Below, in pieces: positions 36,003-49,117 of a stretch of DNA of 64,000 nucleotides; positions within the stretch are counted from its first letter, which is position 1; every line of letters begins with the position of its first letter. The DNA is from Xylographa opegraphella (Eukaryota). A program made the position numbers and the translations under genes. The notes beneath the pieces were generated by a model. That model did not search any database and was not told where the DNA came from. It was given only the letters and a program-made list of their open reading frames with translations. The stretch spans positions 124,001-188,000 of the forward strand of contig JALDZX010000018.1 of NCBI GenBank assembly GCA_022813865.1. Direction: 5' to 3'.

Positions 36003-39000
36003 ATGGGCAAACCACCCCGCGAGGAGCAGAGCTTCCCAAGGCATCCTTTCCTCTTGTCGGTCGACGAAGTCATCTCACACTTGAACACCAAGATAGAGTC
36101 CGGCTTGACTAACTCACAAGCTAAGCAATACGCTCAAAAATATGGTGAGAACATATTGGATGGAAAGGGTGGAAACAAATGGTATTCCATCCTCCTCAAG
36201 CAGGTCTCAAATGCCATGATTCTAGTCTTGGTACTCGCCATGGCTCTCTCATATGGCGTCACTGATTACGTCGAAGGGGGCGTCATCACGGCCGTTATTG
36301 TACTCAACGTGGCCATTGGGTTCTACCAAGAATTCCAGGCTGAGAAGAAGATGGATGCTCTCAAATCGTTATCCTCTCCGTCTGCAGCCGTCATTCGGGA
36401 CGGAGAAGAGATGACAATTCCATCGGGTGAAGTAGTCCCTGGCGATATAGTCTCCGTCAAGACTGGGGACACTATTCCGGCTGATTTGCGGTTGTTCGAA
36501 GTTATGAATTTGGAATGTGATGAAGCCATTCTGACTGGTGAAGCGCTACCGGTCGCCAAAAAAGTCAGTTTCGAACCAGTGCATGGCAATAAAGAAGACT
36601 GTGGTCTTGGCGACCGTCTGAATATAGCATACTCATCCACGACTGTCACGAAAGGCCGTGGACAGGGTGTTGTTGTCTTCACAGGAATGTCCACAGCCAT
36701 CGGTGGTATTGCAGCATCTATGCAAGGCACGAAGCGGAAAGAAAACCGATCAATGTCACGGAAGAAGCATGGAACCATGCAACCGGTGAAAGGGGGTGCT
36801 TTGCGCTCCTGGGACGGTATCGGCAAGTTCCTTGGCCTCACGGAAGGGACACCGTTACAAATAAAGCTCAGTAAGCTTGCCTATGTCCTTTTCGGCTGTG
36901 CTCTCCTGCTTGCCATCATCGTCTTTGGCGTGAATCGCTTCAACGTCACCAACGAAGTCGCCATCTACGCCATATCGACTGGAATCGCCATCATCCCCGA
37001 GAGTCTTATCGCAGTGCTTACAATCACGATGGTCGTTGGCATGACTCAAATGAGAAAGCGTAAGGTGGTGGTTCGACAACTTTCCGCACTCGAAGCTCTG
37101 GGTGGCGTCACTCATATCTGTTCCGACAAGACAGGCACTCTTACGCAAGGTAAAATGGTCACAAGGAAAGCTTGGATCCCAGGTGCAGGCATATACAGCA
37201 TCGAGGGCTCGAATAATGCAGCCGACCCTACCGAGGGCACTATCACGCTCGGCCCCGCACCGGATTCGAAGAAGGCCGCTGATGCTGAGAAGGAAGCACT
37301 TGCAGCAGGATTGGACCGTAAGCGCAGTGTTGCGGGTGTCTCATTCGAAGTCCCCGACAAGAAGACAGACAAGGGCGACGGTAAACACCAGAAATTAGAG
37401 GCAGTTCAGGGTGATGCCGTCACGCCCGAGCTTCAAGCTTTTGTTGAGTCTGCTGCTCTTTGCAATCTTGCGACAGTTCGTAAAGTCGAAGAAAATGGTC
37501 AGCCAAAATGGAAGACTACAGGTGACCCGACAGAGATTGCACTTCAAGTATTTGCGCATCGATTTTCTCGGGGAAAGAATACCCTTGAAGGCGAACATGG
37601 TTGGAAGCAAATGATGGAATTCCCATTCGACAGTTCTATCAAGCGCATGTCAGTCGTTTACAGGAAACCCGAAATCTCTCAATCCATCATTTTTACCAAA
37701 GGCGCTGTTGAACGTATAATCGACCTTTGCACTACTGTTGGCGTGGGTGATCAAGAAGAAGAGATAACCGCTGCTCGGAAGGAAAGCATCGAGGAGCAGA
37801 TGTCGCTTCTTGCTGAGCAAGGTCTTCGCGTCCTCGCTATCGCTCGCAAGTTTACTGACCAAGATATCCACGAGCATTCATCAATTGACCGCTCAGATGT
37901 CGAGAAAGACCTATGCCTTCTCGGCCTCGCTGGCCTCTACGATCCGCCCCGTCTCGAATCAAAGACGGCTGTTCAGAACTGCACCACTGCTGGGATCAAA
38001 GTTTGCATGTTGACAGGCGACCATCCCTCCACCGCCACCGCCATTGCCAAGGAAGTCGGAATCATTCCGAAGAACATGGGCGTTTTGGCTAAAGATGTCG
38101 CTGATGCGATGGTCAAAACAGCCACCGAATTTGACAAGCTCACAGATGCTGAAGTCGACGCTCTTCCTACATTGCCGTTTGTAATTGCTCGGTGTGCCCC
38201 GGAGACAAAGGTTAGTTGCCACTCAGGAGAGCGATATATATGGATTACTGACCCGAAGTTCTTAGGTCCGCATGATTGAAGCGCTTCACCGACGCAAAAG
38301 GTTCGTTGCCATGACTGGCGATGGCGTCAACGACTCGCCATCGTTGAAGATGGCTGATATCGGCATCGCAATGGGTCTCAATGGTTCAGATGTGGCAAAG
38401 TCCGCATCTGATATCGTACTAACGGATGACCATTTTGCATCGATCGTGAACGCCGTTGAAGAAGGTCGCAGGATGTTTGACAATATCCAGAAGTTCGTCC
38501 TGCATTTGCTCGCAAGTAATGTGGGCGAAGTCATCCTTCTGATCTGCGGTCTTGGCTTCCAGGACTCTTTGGGATTTTCCGTATTTCCCCTCAGTCCGCT
38601 ACAAATTCTTTGGATCAATATGCTCACTTCATCGTTCCCTGCTTTTGGCCTAGGTCGTGAGCAAGCAGCTAGCGACATCATGAAGCGTCCACCTCACGAT
38701 CACCGCAAGGGCGTATTCACTTGGGAACTTGTCACGGATATGTTCGTTTACGGCGTCATTGAAGGGACCTGCTGCCTAATGACATTTGTTTTCATCATCT
38801 ATGGTCCTGGGCAGAATGGTCTCGGTGACGACTGCAACAGAGGCTACAACCCCAGTTGCGACATCGTGTTCAAAGCTCGAGCCTCCGTCTTCGCAGAGCT
38901 GACATGGTGCATCCTCATCTCAGCTTGGGAGTTGAAATCCATCCGCCGCAGCATGTTTGCCCTCGACCCAATGAATACAACTCGAAAATTCCCCTTCTTT

Positions 39001-39390
39001 CACGACGTTTACCAGAACAAGTTCCTCTTCTGGTCCGTTGTCCTCTGCGCACTCAGCGTCTTCCCCGCGGTTTACATCCCCGGTCTGAACCGGGATGTCT
39101 TCAAGCATACCGGTATCAGCTGGGAGTGGTCACCTACATTAATTGGTGTTATTGTGTTCGTCATCGGAATGGAGACGTGGAAATTCATGAAGCGAAGGAT
39201 CGGGTGGTTCCTCGAAGACGAAGCCAGCGATTATGATAAGAGGGCCAACAATACCCCGAGCTTGATGCAGGGCTTCTTCACTATTGCTAGAACATTCACG
39301 AGGACGAAGAGCCAGACCAAGAGCGAGAGTGAGGCTACGCTTACTCAGGGGGAGTCGAGGGGGATGAGCAGGGTTAAGGAGGAGGTATGA
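36003..39390 (+). CDS. ENA1: P-type IID Na+/K+-efflux ATPase (ENA family)
   Basis: LTGEA actuator motif, IIPESL, ICSDKTGTLTQGKM phosphorylation site, FDSSIKRMS, KGAVER, MLTGD, AMTGDGVNDSPSLK; predicted intron 38211-38265. Confidence 0.93.
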
Positions 39391-39943
39391 TAGTATGCTT
39401 ACGCAGTGCGATATTGATAAGCTTCATGCAAAGTTGTGGTGCCTCGTTGAACGATTCTCGACACTGTACAATACGGCCGTGGGTATGTCTGGCGTCGGGA
39501 ATAAACGCTTCTGGGTTCAGGGCGTGAGTGGTTGAACGATATAAAACATCGGTTAATTTTTAGCCTGGCTTGGGAAGTATCAAACCAGGCAATAATACGC
39601 GGCTAGGGTCCCAGGACTCGAGGGAGGAGCTTGAGTCGCCACTGTAGCACTGAAATGCAAATAGAGATAAAGAATAATAATAAAAGCTATTCAAATTGTG
39701 TTTTTGACATGGTAATTATCAGTCACTGCCGGCATGTTAAGACCGCTAACCCAATGGAATGATATTCACGGTTACACAATCGTGGATAAACGTTTTTTAC
39801 AGTTGCGTAGACACGGTATCAAAGGTTTCGAAACTACGTGAAATACTTCATGCACTCGACAAACACAAACCGTAAAAGGATTCTTTTATGTCTGCCAGGA
39901 AAGTTGCAGCTAACAGTATGATGACTACTAATCTTCATCGACC

Positions 39944-41163
39944 ATGATGAGGCCCTTTCCTGAGCATGGAGGCGGAGAACAACCCCGTAAATTCGAAACT
40001 CTGCCCCAAGAGATCCGTTATGAAATCTACCGCTACCTGCTCAGGACTTCCTATACTCTAGTCGACAAACCTCGCAGGCAGCGTTATGAGATGCATCCAG
40101 CCATACTCCGAGTGAACAGGGCAATCTCCACAGAAGCGAAGCTAGTCATGGAGGAGAACGATTTTGTGGTTGTCCGGCTGGACAACAATGTGGGTCATGT
40201 ACATCCTTACCTTGCTACATGGTTCAAGTATGTACCTAGATTTGAACGTTTGCCTGCTCGAGCGCGCACTCAGCAAGCGCTGTCAGTCAGCATCCTACAT
40301 GCTAAGGAATGTTCTGTTGGCATAACAAGCATCCTCTCCGATCCGGAAATTCTCGAACCGCTGCTGCAATTTCTCTGGCGCTCACGTCCGACAAGTCCGC
40401 TCATTATGAGATTACATTTGGGCACGAAAACAAGCAGACGAGCGATGGCGCTCCTGCAACCATTTTTGAAGATGCATAATCATAGGACGATCAGTATCAG
40501 CGGCACAGTCGATGAAAAGCATGCCCAGGGTATAATTGACCAAATCGTAGCGTCTCCAGCCCCTGGGTTTGTGATCGGCGTTATGAACGACTATACAAAC
40601 CAAGCTGAGGAATGCTACGTACAAGGATTTTACCGTCTCGCCGATCGCAAATGGAAACATATCATTAAGTACTGCGAGTATGTGCTCCACAATACAGGCT
40701 TCGGCCCCACAGAGTGGAAGACACTTGAATACGAAGTACAACCTACCTCATTCACGGTGACGAAAGCCCGCCTAGGTATAATCAAAGCCTACCTCCGCTT
40801 TGGAGACTACTCAGCCGCTTTAGCAAAATGCCATCATGCTTTCATAGGGGTCCTGTACATCGGTTTGCAGAGGATCCGTTCTTACTATGTGCCTGGATAG
40901 CGTATGTCCTAGGCGACGAGCACGCTGGTTCATGGATTTTTGAGATACACGAAGCTGTCACCAGTCCACTACACAGGGATTATTTTGAGCCTGCTAAGGA
41001 GGTCTATCGAGAGGCCCTTGCTGAAGTCTTCGCGATCGCTAATGCATATGGGGCCATGTCTTCGCAGACTTTTGAGAAGTATATGACGCTGCTAGAGCGG
41101 AACGATGGCTTTGGAGAGAATAGCAATGTGACACCCAGGATGATTGGGGATGTCGTGCAATGA
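39944..41163 (+). pseudogene. F-box-like domain protein, paralog 2; apparent 1-bp frameshift near 40880
   Basis: KFETLPQEIRYEIYRYLL..HPAILRVNRAISTEA..ENDF. The C-terminal helical part (FLLCAWIAY..) lies in a shifted frame (ORF 40828-41163); a sequencing error is not excluded. Confidence 0.65.
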
Positions 41164-41887
41164 GTGGAGAGCTCGTGGAGTACTTGCAGGTGCAAATTTG
41201 GCTACTTCGAGATTAACTTCGCTCAGCTTGGCCGGCTGTCTTATGATTGGAGAAGGTGGGTTACATTGGCTTTGAGATTGACGACCATCTAATGGATACA
41301 TGTACTGGCCCGCTGGTAAATTCAAGACTACATGTTTTTGTGAGCCAAGAAATCGAGTAAGTCAAATCATGGGGATCTTCAAGCCATTCGTGTTTCAATC
41401 AACTCAAGCTCTTGATACACAATTGATAATATAAATTTGAGTGTCTGGTTCAAAGCGGAAGGGGCTCATCGAACGATTGGTCCTGCCGAATCAGACGAAC
41501 TTATTAAGGCCGAGGACTGTCCTGCTTTCCGTCATTATCCTGTTTGCTATTTCGAGGTATCGGACTCGGACCCATTCAAAAAGTATGCCATTTATATCAT
41601 TTACTTAGCAGGTAAATTTATTATGTGATGTCTCGAACCCTCTTCCTCAGAATCCGACCTACTCTCTACTAATACGATGGACTTTCTCTACAAAGGAAAC
41701 TCTGCATTCGAACCATCTACCTTACTATTCCACAGAATATCTACTTGATTTGTCATTCAATCGTGCCTTCTCCTGCGAAGCGTGCTCGACAGTTATTTTG
41801 CGCTCAAGGTAAGTCTTCGGAGCTGACTCTGGATTGTGCTGAGCGTGCAAAGATCAAGTCCGGATCAGCGAAGGAAACCCCAACCGC

Positions 41888-42484
41888 ATGGCGACCGAGA
41901 TGACTGGTATGAATGCAGCAAGCCTCGAAACGACTTCAGTCACCATCACCGCCGCCGAAGAAATCTCCACCACAGATGCCAGACCACCCACCACATTCAT
42001 CTCCCTCCCTTAAGAGATGCGTGATCAGATCTGGCGTCAACTACTCTCCACGCCCTGTATATACGAAGCGACCGCAACAACGCAAAGACACACACTCCAT
42101 CCCACAATCCCACGACTCCGTCGCTAGACACAGAGAGAGGGTAAGAAGATCACTTACGGCCGCGGAAAGAACCTATTCGTTATTTTCCAGTTCCAAGGCC
42201 CTTCGCCTTTATACACTTTACGTTGTTCAAAAGTCGAATCCTGGATCCATTCGATCGTAAGTTGGGTGTCATCGTTTGATATCGTTCGCAGGTTCGCGTG
42301 GGCGTGGAGCACGGAGGAGATTTGGGGTCACACCAGGTGTTTGGTCGGACCGGTCGATGCCTGGCTTACACGCCTTCTGGGCCACTGCTGGAGACTTTCG
42401 GATGCGCTGGAGCAGGAGGAGCGGAGCGTTGGGGAATGGGGGCTCGTGAACGAGACGAAAGACGAGGATGAGCCCGAGTGTTGA
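41888..42484 (+). pseudogene. F-box-like paralog pseudogene with two in-frame stops and a large internal deletion
   Basis: One frame from ATG 41888 reads ..TTFISLP*EMRDQIWRQLL..HTLHPTIPRLRR*TQREG..NLFVIFQFQG..VSSFDI..LLGHCWRL..; stops at 42011 (TAA) and 42125 (TAG). It matches the N- and C-terminal motifs of the neighbouring paralogs. Confidence 0.8.
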
Positions 42485-43221
42485 AGAGGGACGATGAAGA
42501 GGGACGAAATGCCGGGGTAAGTCGACGACGGAGAGGTGATATACCTTGCATATTATGAGACCACTCGCCATGATGATTCTAATGGTAACCATAAAACGCA
42601 GAGGGCGGTGCGAAGGAACCGCCGGATTGCAACTATTCCTTCACATCCAGCAGGCCGTATGGAATATTGAGCGAACTGCTTTTCTCAGCTCTTGATTGTA
42701 TCTAATCGAGCCCTGACATGCGGTCCATCATCCATGTGCTTCAATACTACGAGATATACCTATTACTGCAGCTCCAATGGCTTCGCCCTGCCCCGTGCAA
42801 AACTCGCAAGCGAGTGTTTTAGGTTTGGCCTGGCCTTTCGGTTCTTGACTTTGTCATTTTAGGTGTTGAGATACGCTAGAGCGGTGGTCGTGGTTCGAGC
42901 TCCAATCCAGTCCGCTGTGTGGGCTATATATGAATGCGTTGTTGGACTCATTTTCCGTTCTTCCTTTCTGTCTTATCACACTGCTGCTCTTCCTGGTGTT
43001 CGCATGATAGTTTCGGTGGATATCTACTCAAACACTCTTCCGCGGCTCTTTTTGACGCTTTATATTGTGCACTGCCGCCTGCAAACCTGCTTCATTTTAG
43101 TTCGTGTTCTAGATCGTCCATTCCGACCCCGTTGTAAGTAATTATTTCTTTTGGAAACCGATGTCCATGAGCCATATGAAAGCTGCTAGCTGACTGAAGT
43201 AGCTAGTGTTCGACAGTAAAG

Positions 43222-44694
43222 ATGGCTGAAGGATTCCTCGACCTCCCGACGGAGGTTCGCGACGTCGTGTACCGTTTCCTGCTCCTATCTTCCCGGTGCT
43301 TCAATGCCGACACCGCCGGACGCACATACGTGATGTGTCCTGCGATCCTTCGGGCCAACAGAGTCACATATTTCGAAGCGACCAGGGTTCTCTACCAGGA
43401 GAATGACTTCGTCCATGTGAATCTTTGGGGCCAAGCTGGAACCCGGCTCAGAGGATGGTCGAAAAGGATCGCAGGGCTTGATTTCCAGCTATCCGTAGAG
43501 GCTTGTTGTCCAGCATTGACAGTCAACGTTGGTCTTGGTAATCTGCCCATGGAGAACTCTGCGGTAACCTCGACCTTCTTAATCTTCCCGGAAAGTTTGG
43601 AGGCGTTGGTCGAACGCTTCTACGATTATACCATTGACGGCGGGGACATCGACGAGATCGACCTTATTGAACCGCTAGCGGTCTCGTTAGAGCTTCGTTC
43701 GAAGATCCTGTCAAAACGTCGAACGATGCAGGAAGATTTACTGATGCCATTCCGGAGGCTGACGGGCTTCGCCGACGTTGAGATTCTCGGCTGTGTCAAT
43801 GAGGAACTTCGAGACACTATGCAACACCGATTGACTCACCTCCCAAGTCCAGAATCGTTTGCCGAAAGTCTGGAGCATCTCTTCCAACGTGGCAAGGAAG
43901 CCTATGAGCGAGGACGCTGGAACGAAGCCCGGGACAACTGGCTATCAATGCTGAAGTACTATGAATACATAGACGCCATCACTGATTCAGTGTTCCCTTT
44001 GGACAGTTCGAACGAATCCCTGCTTGAGGCCTTCGTGGAGCTTCGGCCGATGACCTACTGGGCGAAGCTGGGAGTCCTCCGGGTGGGTCTTCGTCTCGAA
44101 GACCACTCAACCGTGCTGCGCGACCTGTGGGAATGCGAGTTCGAAGATGAAGAAGGCATGAGCGCGCTCATGACGGCGCAGTTCCATCTCGGAATGGTAA
44201 TGGCCTACCACGCCGATGGCTTCGTCAAGCTGGGCCGGGAGGCTTTCAAGGACGCGCAGGATATCATTGCCGTCGAAGCGTACCGGTACACGGGCCAAGT
44301 GGTGGCCATCATGAACACGGTCTCTTACGCCTACAAGTGGCATGAAGATCCGACGTCCCAGTTCCTCTGCGCGTGGGAGCATTGCTGGGAGTTGTTAAAC
44401 GAGGAAGAAGTTTCGGAGGACGAGGCCGACGCTGGTAGTGCGGACGGCGAGGAAGACGCTGGCGGTGTGGAGATGGCCGATGTGCACTACGAGGTCGACG
44501 ACTTCGATGGAGCAGGCACAGCGGACGATGGAGACATTGAGTGGCAGACGATGGTGGACGAGTCCTCAAATCCCCTTTCCGAGGCGACTACGCGATACGA
44601 CGAGTATGACTTAGGCGCGCGGATGAATGCAAATGTGGAAGCGCATACTGTACACGCGCGGGAAGTAGACGAACAGAGCTTTGTGGATTGGTAG
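43222..44694 (+). CDS. F-box-like domain protein with TPR-like helical region and acidic tail
   Basis: GFLDLPTEVRDVVYRFLL, PAILRANR, LLMPFRRLTGF, GKEAYERGRWNEARDNW, WEHCWELL; uninterrupted 490-aa ORF. Confidence 0.8.
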   Translation: MAEGFLDLPTEVRDVVYRFLLLSSRCFNADTAGRTYVMCPAILRANRVTYFEATRVLYQENDFVHVNLWGQAGTRLRGWSKRIAGLDFQLSVEACCPALTVNVGLGNLPMENSAVTSTFLIFPESLEALVERFYDYTIDGGDIDEIDLIEPLAVSLELRSKILSKRRTMQEDLLMPFRRLTGFADVEILGCVNEELRDTMQHRLTHLPSPESFAESLEHLFQRGKEAYERGRWNEARDNWLSMLKYYEYIDAITDSVFPLDSSNESLLEAFVELRPMTYWAKLGVLRVGLRLEDHSTVLRDLWECEFEDEEGMSALMTAQFHLGMVMAYHADGFVKLGREAFKDAQDIIAVEAYRYTGQVVAIMNTVSYAYKWHEDPTSQFLCAWEHCWELLNEEEVSEDEADAGSADGEEDAGGVEMADVHYEVDDFDGAGTADDGDIEWQTMVDESSNPLSEATTRYDEYDLGARMNANVEAHTVHAREVDEQSFVDW

Positions 44695-45296
44695 TTCGGA
44701 TAGCCGAGAACGATACCTTACCGAACTGTTCTCTGCCCTAGACTGTTTAGATAATTTACCAAACCGATCACATACCTCGTCCATTGACACCACGCCGAGA
44801 CGGCGGAGTAGAGTATAAGCTAGGCAACGTATTTGTCGACGATGTCTCGGTGCTACCGGCCGGCGAGGACCGGTGTGTTTCGAGTCCAGGCTTGATGGAT
44901 GGACCTTTTGTCGGTTTGACTATGGATGGTTTCGGCTTTCACCTCGGCCGCAAAGAGATGCAGCGACGATTTTGCATCCACGATACTATGGTATAAGGCA
45001 TGTTGTTGAGTTCAGACTGGCATGTCAGATGTGACGAGCGTCACCGCGGAGCAAACAGTCATTTCAGTTTGGACGTCCGTTGACACCATGTTGGAGGTTC
45101 GAATTCAAATCCCACGGTGTCAATCCGTCTTATATATGAGACCTCGTGTGTCTTCTTGCTTTTCTCCTCTCAACTTCTCTTCATCCATCTCCTCGCTTAG
45201 ACATCTTCTCATCCCACCACTCGGCCACTTCGTTTGACTCCACCCCTTTACGCTTCACCTGCCCCGAGTCAGCCCAGCATGCTTCGCCGCTTTGAG

Positions 45297-46848
45297 ATGC
45301 CGTCGTCGCGGAATGAAGGACACGAAGCGTCGTCGAGGAAGAATGGCAAGGTGAGCCGACTCCAGCCCCTCTCCGGAAAGCAAACCACGGCCCATGGGGG
45401 CCCCATCGACTCTCGTCGCAGCGCCGACGACAGCAACGACCGCTCGCTAACTTGCCGCATAGGAAAGCCGCCCCGCCCCCTCCACACTGGGCGCCTTCGG
45501 AAAACTCCCCCGCGAAATCCGCGACCGGATATACGCCCACCTGCTCGTGTCGCGCTACACCTTCGACGCCGACGCCTCCCCCCAAGCCAGCTACCACGCC
45601 GAGCTCGCCATCCTGCGCGCGAACCGACAGATAGGCGCCGAAGCGACGCAGGCCCTTTACAAGGCGAACCGGTTCGTCATCCTCAACCTGCAGGGCGACG
45701 CGGAGCGCAACTTCGCCTGGTCCATCCACGGCACGGGCCTACAGCGCGCGCCGGCCTTCGACGTCGCGGACGCGCTGCTGACGGCCAACATCAGCCCCGT
45801 CGGCGCGGCCGCGGGCGAGCGCGACACGCGCCGCTTCATCGTGCTGTTCCCCGAGAGCGTCGACACGGTGCTGGAGGCGGTGTGGGACTTCATCATCGGC
45901 GCGTGGGAGGTCGGCCGTATCGAGCCCGTCGCCAAACTGCGCATCGAGCTCGTCCTGCACCCCGTCCTGCTCGCGCGCCGCGACGCCCTGCAGAAGGAGC
46001 TGCTGCGGCCCTTCGAGCGCCTCGTGGGCTTCGGCGGCGTGGACGTCCACGGCTGCGCCGACGAGGCTTTCCGCCACACCGTGATCCACCGCATGGAGCA
46101 CCTGCCTGCGCCGGAGTCCTTTACCCAGAATATGCAGGCCCACCTGGAATTGGGCCGCGCGGCCTACGAAGCGAAGCGGTACAACGAGGCGCGCGACCAC
46201 TGGGCGCGCGCGGAGAAGTACCACGGCAGCACGGTGGCGATCGCGCAGGCGCGCGCGCGGACCGCGGCGGAGGAGGAGGGCCCCGCGGCGGAGGTCCTGC
46301 TGGCGGCGGTGGCCGGCAGCTCGCGGCAGCTGCAGCGGGCGCGGGTGGGGGTCATGAAGGCCGGGCTGCGGCAGCGGAGCTACGTGCGCGTGCTGCGGGA
46401 GTTCTACGGGTGGGCGATGGAGGAGGAGGAGGAGATGCGGCCGCTGCTGCGGGCGCAGGTGCTGCTCATCGCGGCCATGGCCTTCCACCGCAGCGCCGTC
46501 TTCGATCTCGGCCGCAAGCTGCTGCAGCAGGCGCAGAACGTCGTCATCCTCGACGCCGTGCAGCATATGGATCACGTCCTGGCGATCGCGCACGACATCG
46601 CCTGGGCGGAGCAGTGGCATTATACCGCGCCGGGCTATTCCTTCTTCGCGGCGTGGGAGAGCTGTTGGGGCTTGGTCGAGGCGGAGGAGCGGGTGGCGAC
46701 GGAAGCGGGCGGGTCGGCTGAGGGGGAGGGGGAGGAGGGGGGGGAGGGGCCGGAGGGCGAGCTGTATTGGGGGACGACGGAGGAGGAGGAGGAGGAGGAG
46801 GAGGATGGTGCGCAGGGCGCGGTGGAGGAGGATGACGGTTCCTGGTGA
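45297..46848 (+). CDS. F-box-like domain protein, GC-rich paralog of 43222-44694
   Basis: Predicted intron 45351-45462 gives AFGKLPREIRDRIYAHLL; AILRANR, LFPES, LLRPFERLVGF, HLPAPESF, GRAAYEAKRYNEARDHW, WESCWGLV, acidic tail. The start could also be 45279. Confidence 0.8.
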
Positions 46849-47237
46849 GAGGGATCGCAAGACCTGCAGAGCACGGAGGCAGTTAATGGGGACTTCAAAG
46901 TGTATAATCGTTGTAACGAGATCTTGCCTGGCTTCCCTTTGTGGGTTCGCGCGTACGTGCTGAGAGCGAATGTATCATGATATTGGAGATTTCACTTCCC
47001 AGCCAACGGCGCACATGAGGAAATGAAGGACGGGGATGCGTTTGAATCCAGTGAAAGGACCTGCCACACTAACTTACAACGACGAAGCACTCTAACCTCC
47101 CTTGCGCCTCTCTCTCCTTGAAGGGTATCCAATGGCAGCGAAAGAGAAACGACGTCTAGAATGCCAACGGACGTACATCGCCAGTATATCCTGCTCTCGA
47201 GGCGAATGCGACCATGCACACACACGCACTGGCCCTT

Positions 47238-49074
47238 TCACGTGCCTGACTCCAGCAGCCCACACTTCGTACACTCCAATCTCTTCTCTCGCCCATTCAC
47301 CATCCTTGCCTTGAAATTCTCCCCACCGCACCGTCGACACCGGACGTCATCCTCCCCGCCCTCTTCTCTATCCACACTGTCAGAGCTCAGCTCGCTGCTT
47401 AAGACACTCGCTCTGGTCCCTATGCTCGATCCCCCGGTGCTGCCAGATCTCTCAACACCATTTCGGAGGTCAGGTGCCAGCAGTCCGTTGGCGATCTCGG
47501 TATTGATGTACTGCCGGGTCCCACAATTTTCGCCGGAGGCACGATGATCGATATCTGTTGTGTGCATCCGTTGCACACTGTTACTAGCTTGTTCGGCGTA
47601 CGTCGCTTTGTTCCAGAACATATGGGATTGCGTGCCCTGCAGCATTAGAGGGTCGCTGTCCCGGTTTCCAGTATGGACGGGGCGCGTGGGGATGTTGGAG
47701 GAGTCAAGGGAGGATTTGTGTAGGCTGGGCGTGTTGGACGCTGTGGAGATGGAGATAGGGAGCGTAGCAGTAGACGTGGTGGTGGGGTAGTTAGGATTGC
47801 TTGGGGACGCGTTGCTAGTAGATTTCTGAGGTGAGATGCTGCGGAATGCCTTTCGGTAAGGCGAGTTCATGGCAACCTGTTCGTGACTGCCATTGCTGCG
47901 CTCGATCGACTGGCGCCAGGAGATGATTCGATCGGACGATGGGTGGGTGAGAGAGTCGCGGCGTGAATTGCTATTGCGAGTCGCGATGGAGGATGTGCGA
48001 TTGAGCATTTTCTTCGAAATGGTGGACGAGGTCTCCCAGTTGTCGGTCCGGAGGCGTTTTTTGTAAGCACAGTCTTGGCGGAAGACTTTGATGGAACCCA
48101 TGTAGTCTGCGGTGACGATAATATTGCCTTCTGTATGGGCCGAGCGCGCTATAAAAGCAGGAGTTTCCTCTGCTTTGGTATTCCTCGGTGTCATGTCTGC
48201 CGTCACCGGAGTCTGGGGAACACTGCCATCAGGGTTATAACCATTGTCGGTGGCCGGTCTTGACGAATGAGACTCGGTGCGATCGAGTAAAGTGACGGGT
48301 GGAGGGTTGCAGAGCTCAAATAGAGGGTCCCCGGAGCATTGGAGAAGTTGGCGAGTGCTTGTAGGCGCCATGATAGCGCTTGTCACAATTGCAGAATGAG
48401 CCTCGAACATGTCCACCGGCCGTTTATCCTTGTCCTTTTCAGGTGGTCCGGTAGACCATATATACACCTTCTTGTCTTCACTCCCACATATCACATATCT
48501 AGCATCTTCGCTGAAAGAAGCTCGTATCTGACTGGTTGAATTTTCGTTCCCTTTCAGCTTGAGTTCCAACCCTTTGTCTCTGAGGTTGTAAACACGGACA
48601 CGAGAGTCGTTGGTAGTCACGACCAGTTTAACTTCGCCGTTCGGGTCGTTCGAAGGGTAGCTTATTGCTTGTATACCTGTGACTTTGCTGCCTTTGGCAT
48701 TACGCCCGTGAGCCGATCTGACATGCATCTGAGTCTGAAACTTCAATCCCTCAGTCTCATAGAAGTTACAGATGCCTGACAAGCAGCCTGCGATAGCTGT
48801 CTTACCATCTGGTGAGAATGCCACCGCTGTGATAATGTCTGTTAATTGAGTCCAAAACGCGACACTTTTGTCAGGTATGCTCCACAGTCGGAGTTTGGAA
48901 TCAAGAGACCCGGCGAGGAAGAAACGATCGTCGCGAGGGTGGAATTGGATTGAAGTGACGAAATCGGTATGTTTGAAACAACAAAGACATTCCTTTCGAC
49001 TCACATGCCAGAGCCGTACAGTCTTGTCCATGGACGAGGAGAGTAGAAAATTGTTCTATTTAGGTCAGTAACGA

Positions 49075-49117
<43 letters not shown>

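Noticed and set aside
45234..46860. 495-aa alternate-frame and 373-aa antisense ORFs
   Set aside because: Arg/Ala/Pro-rich shadows of the GC-rich F-box-like gene.
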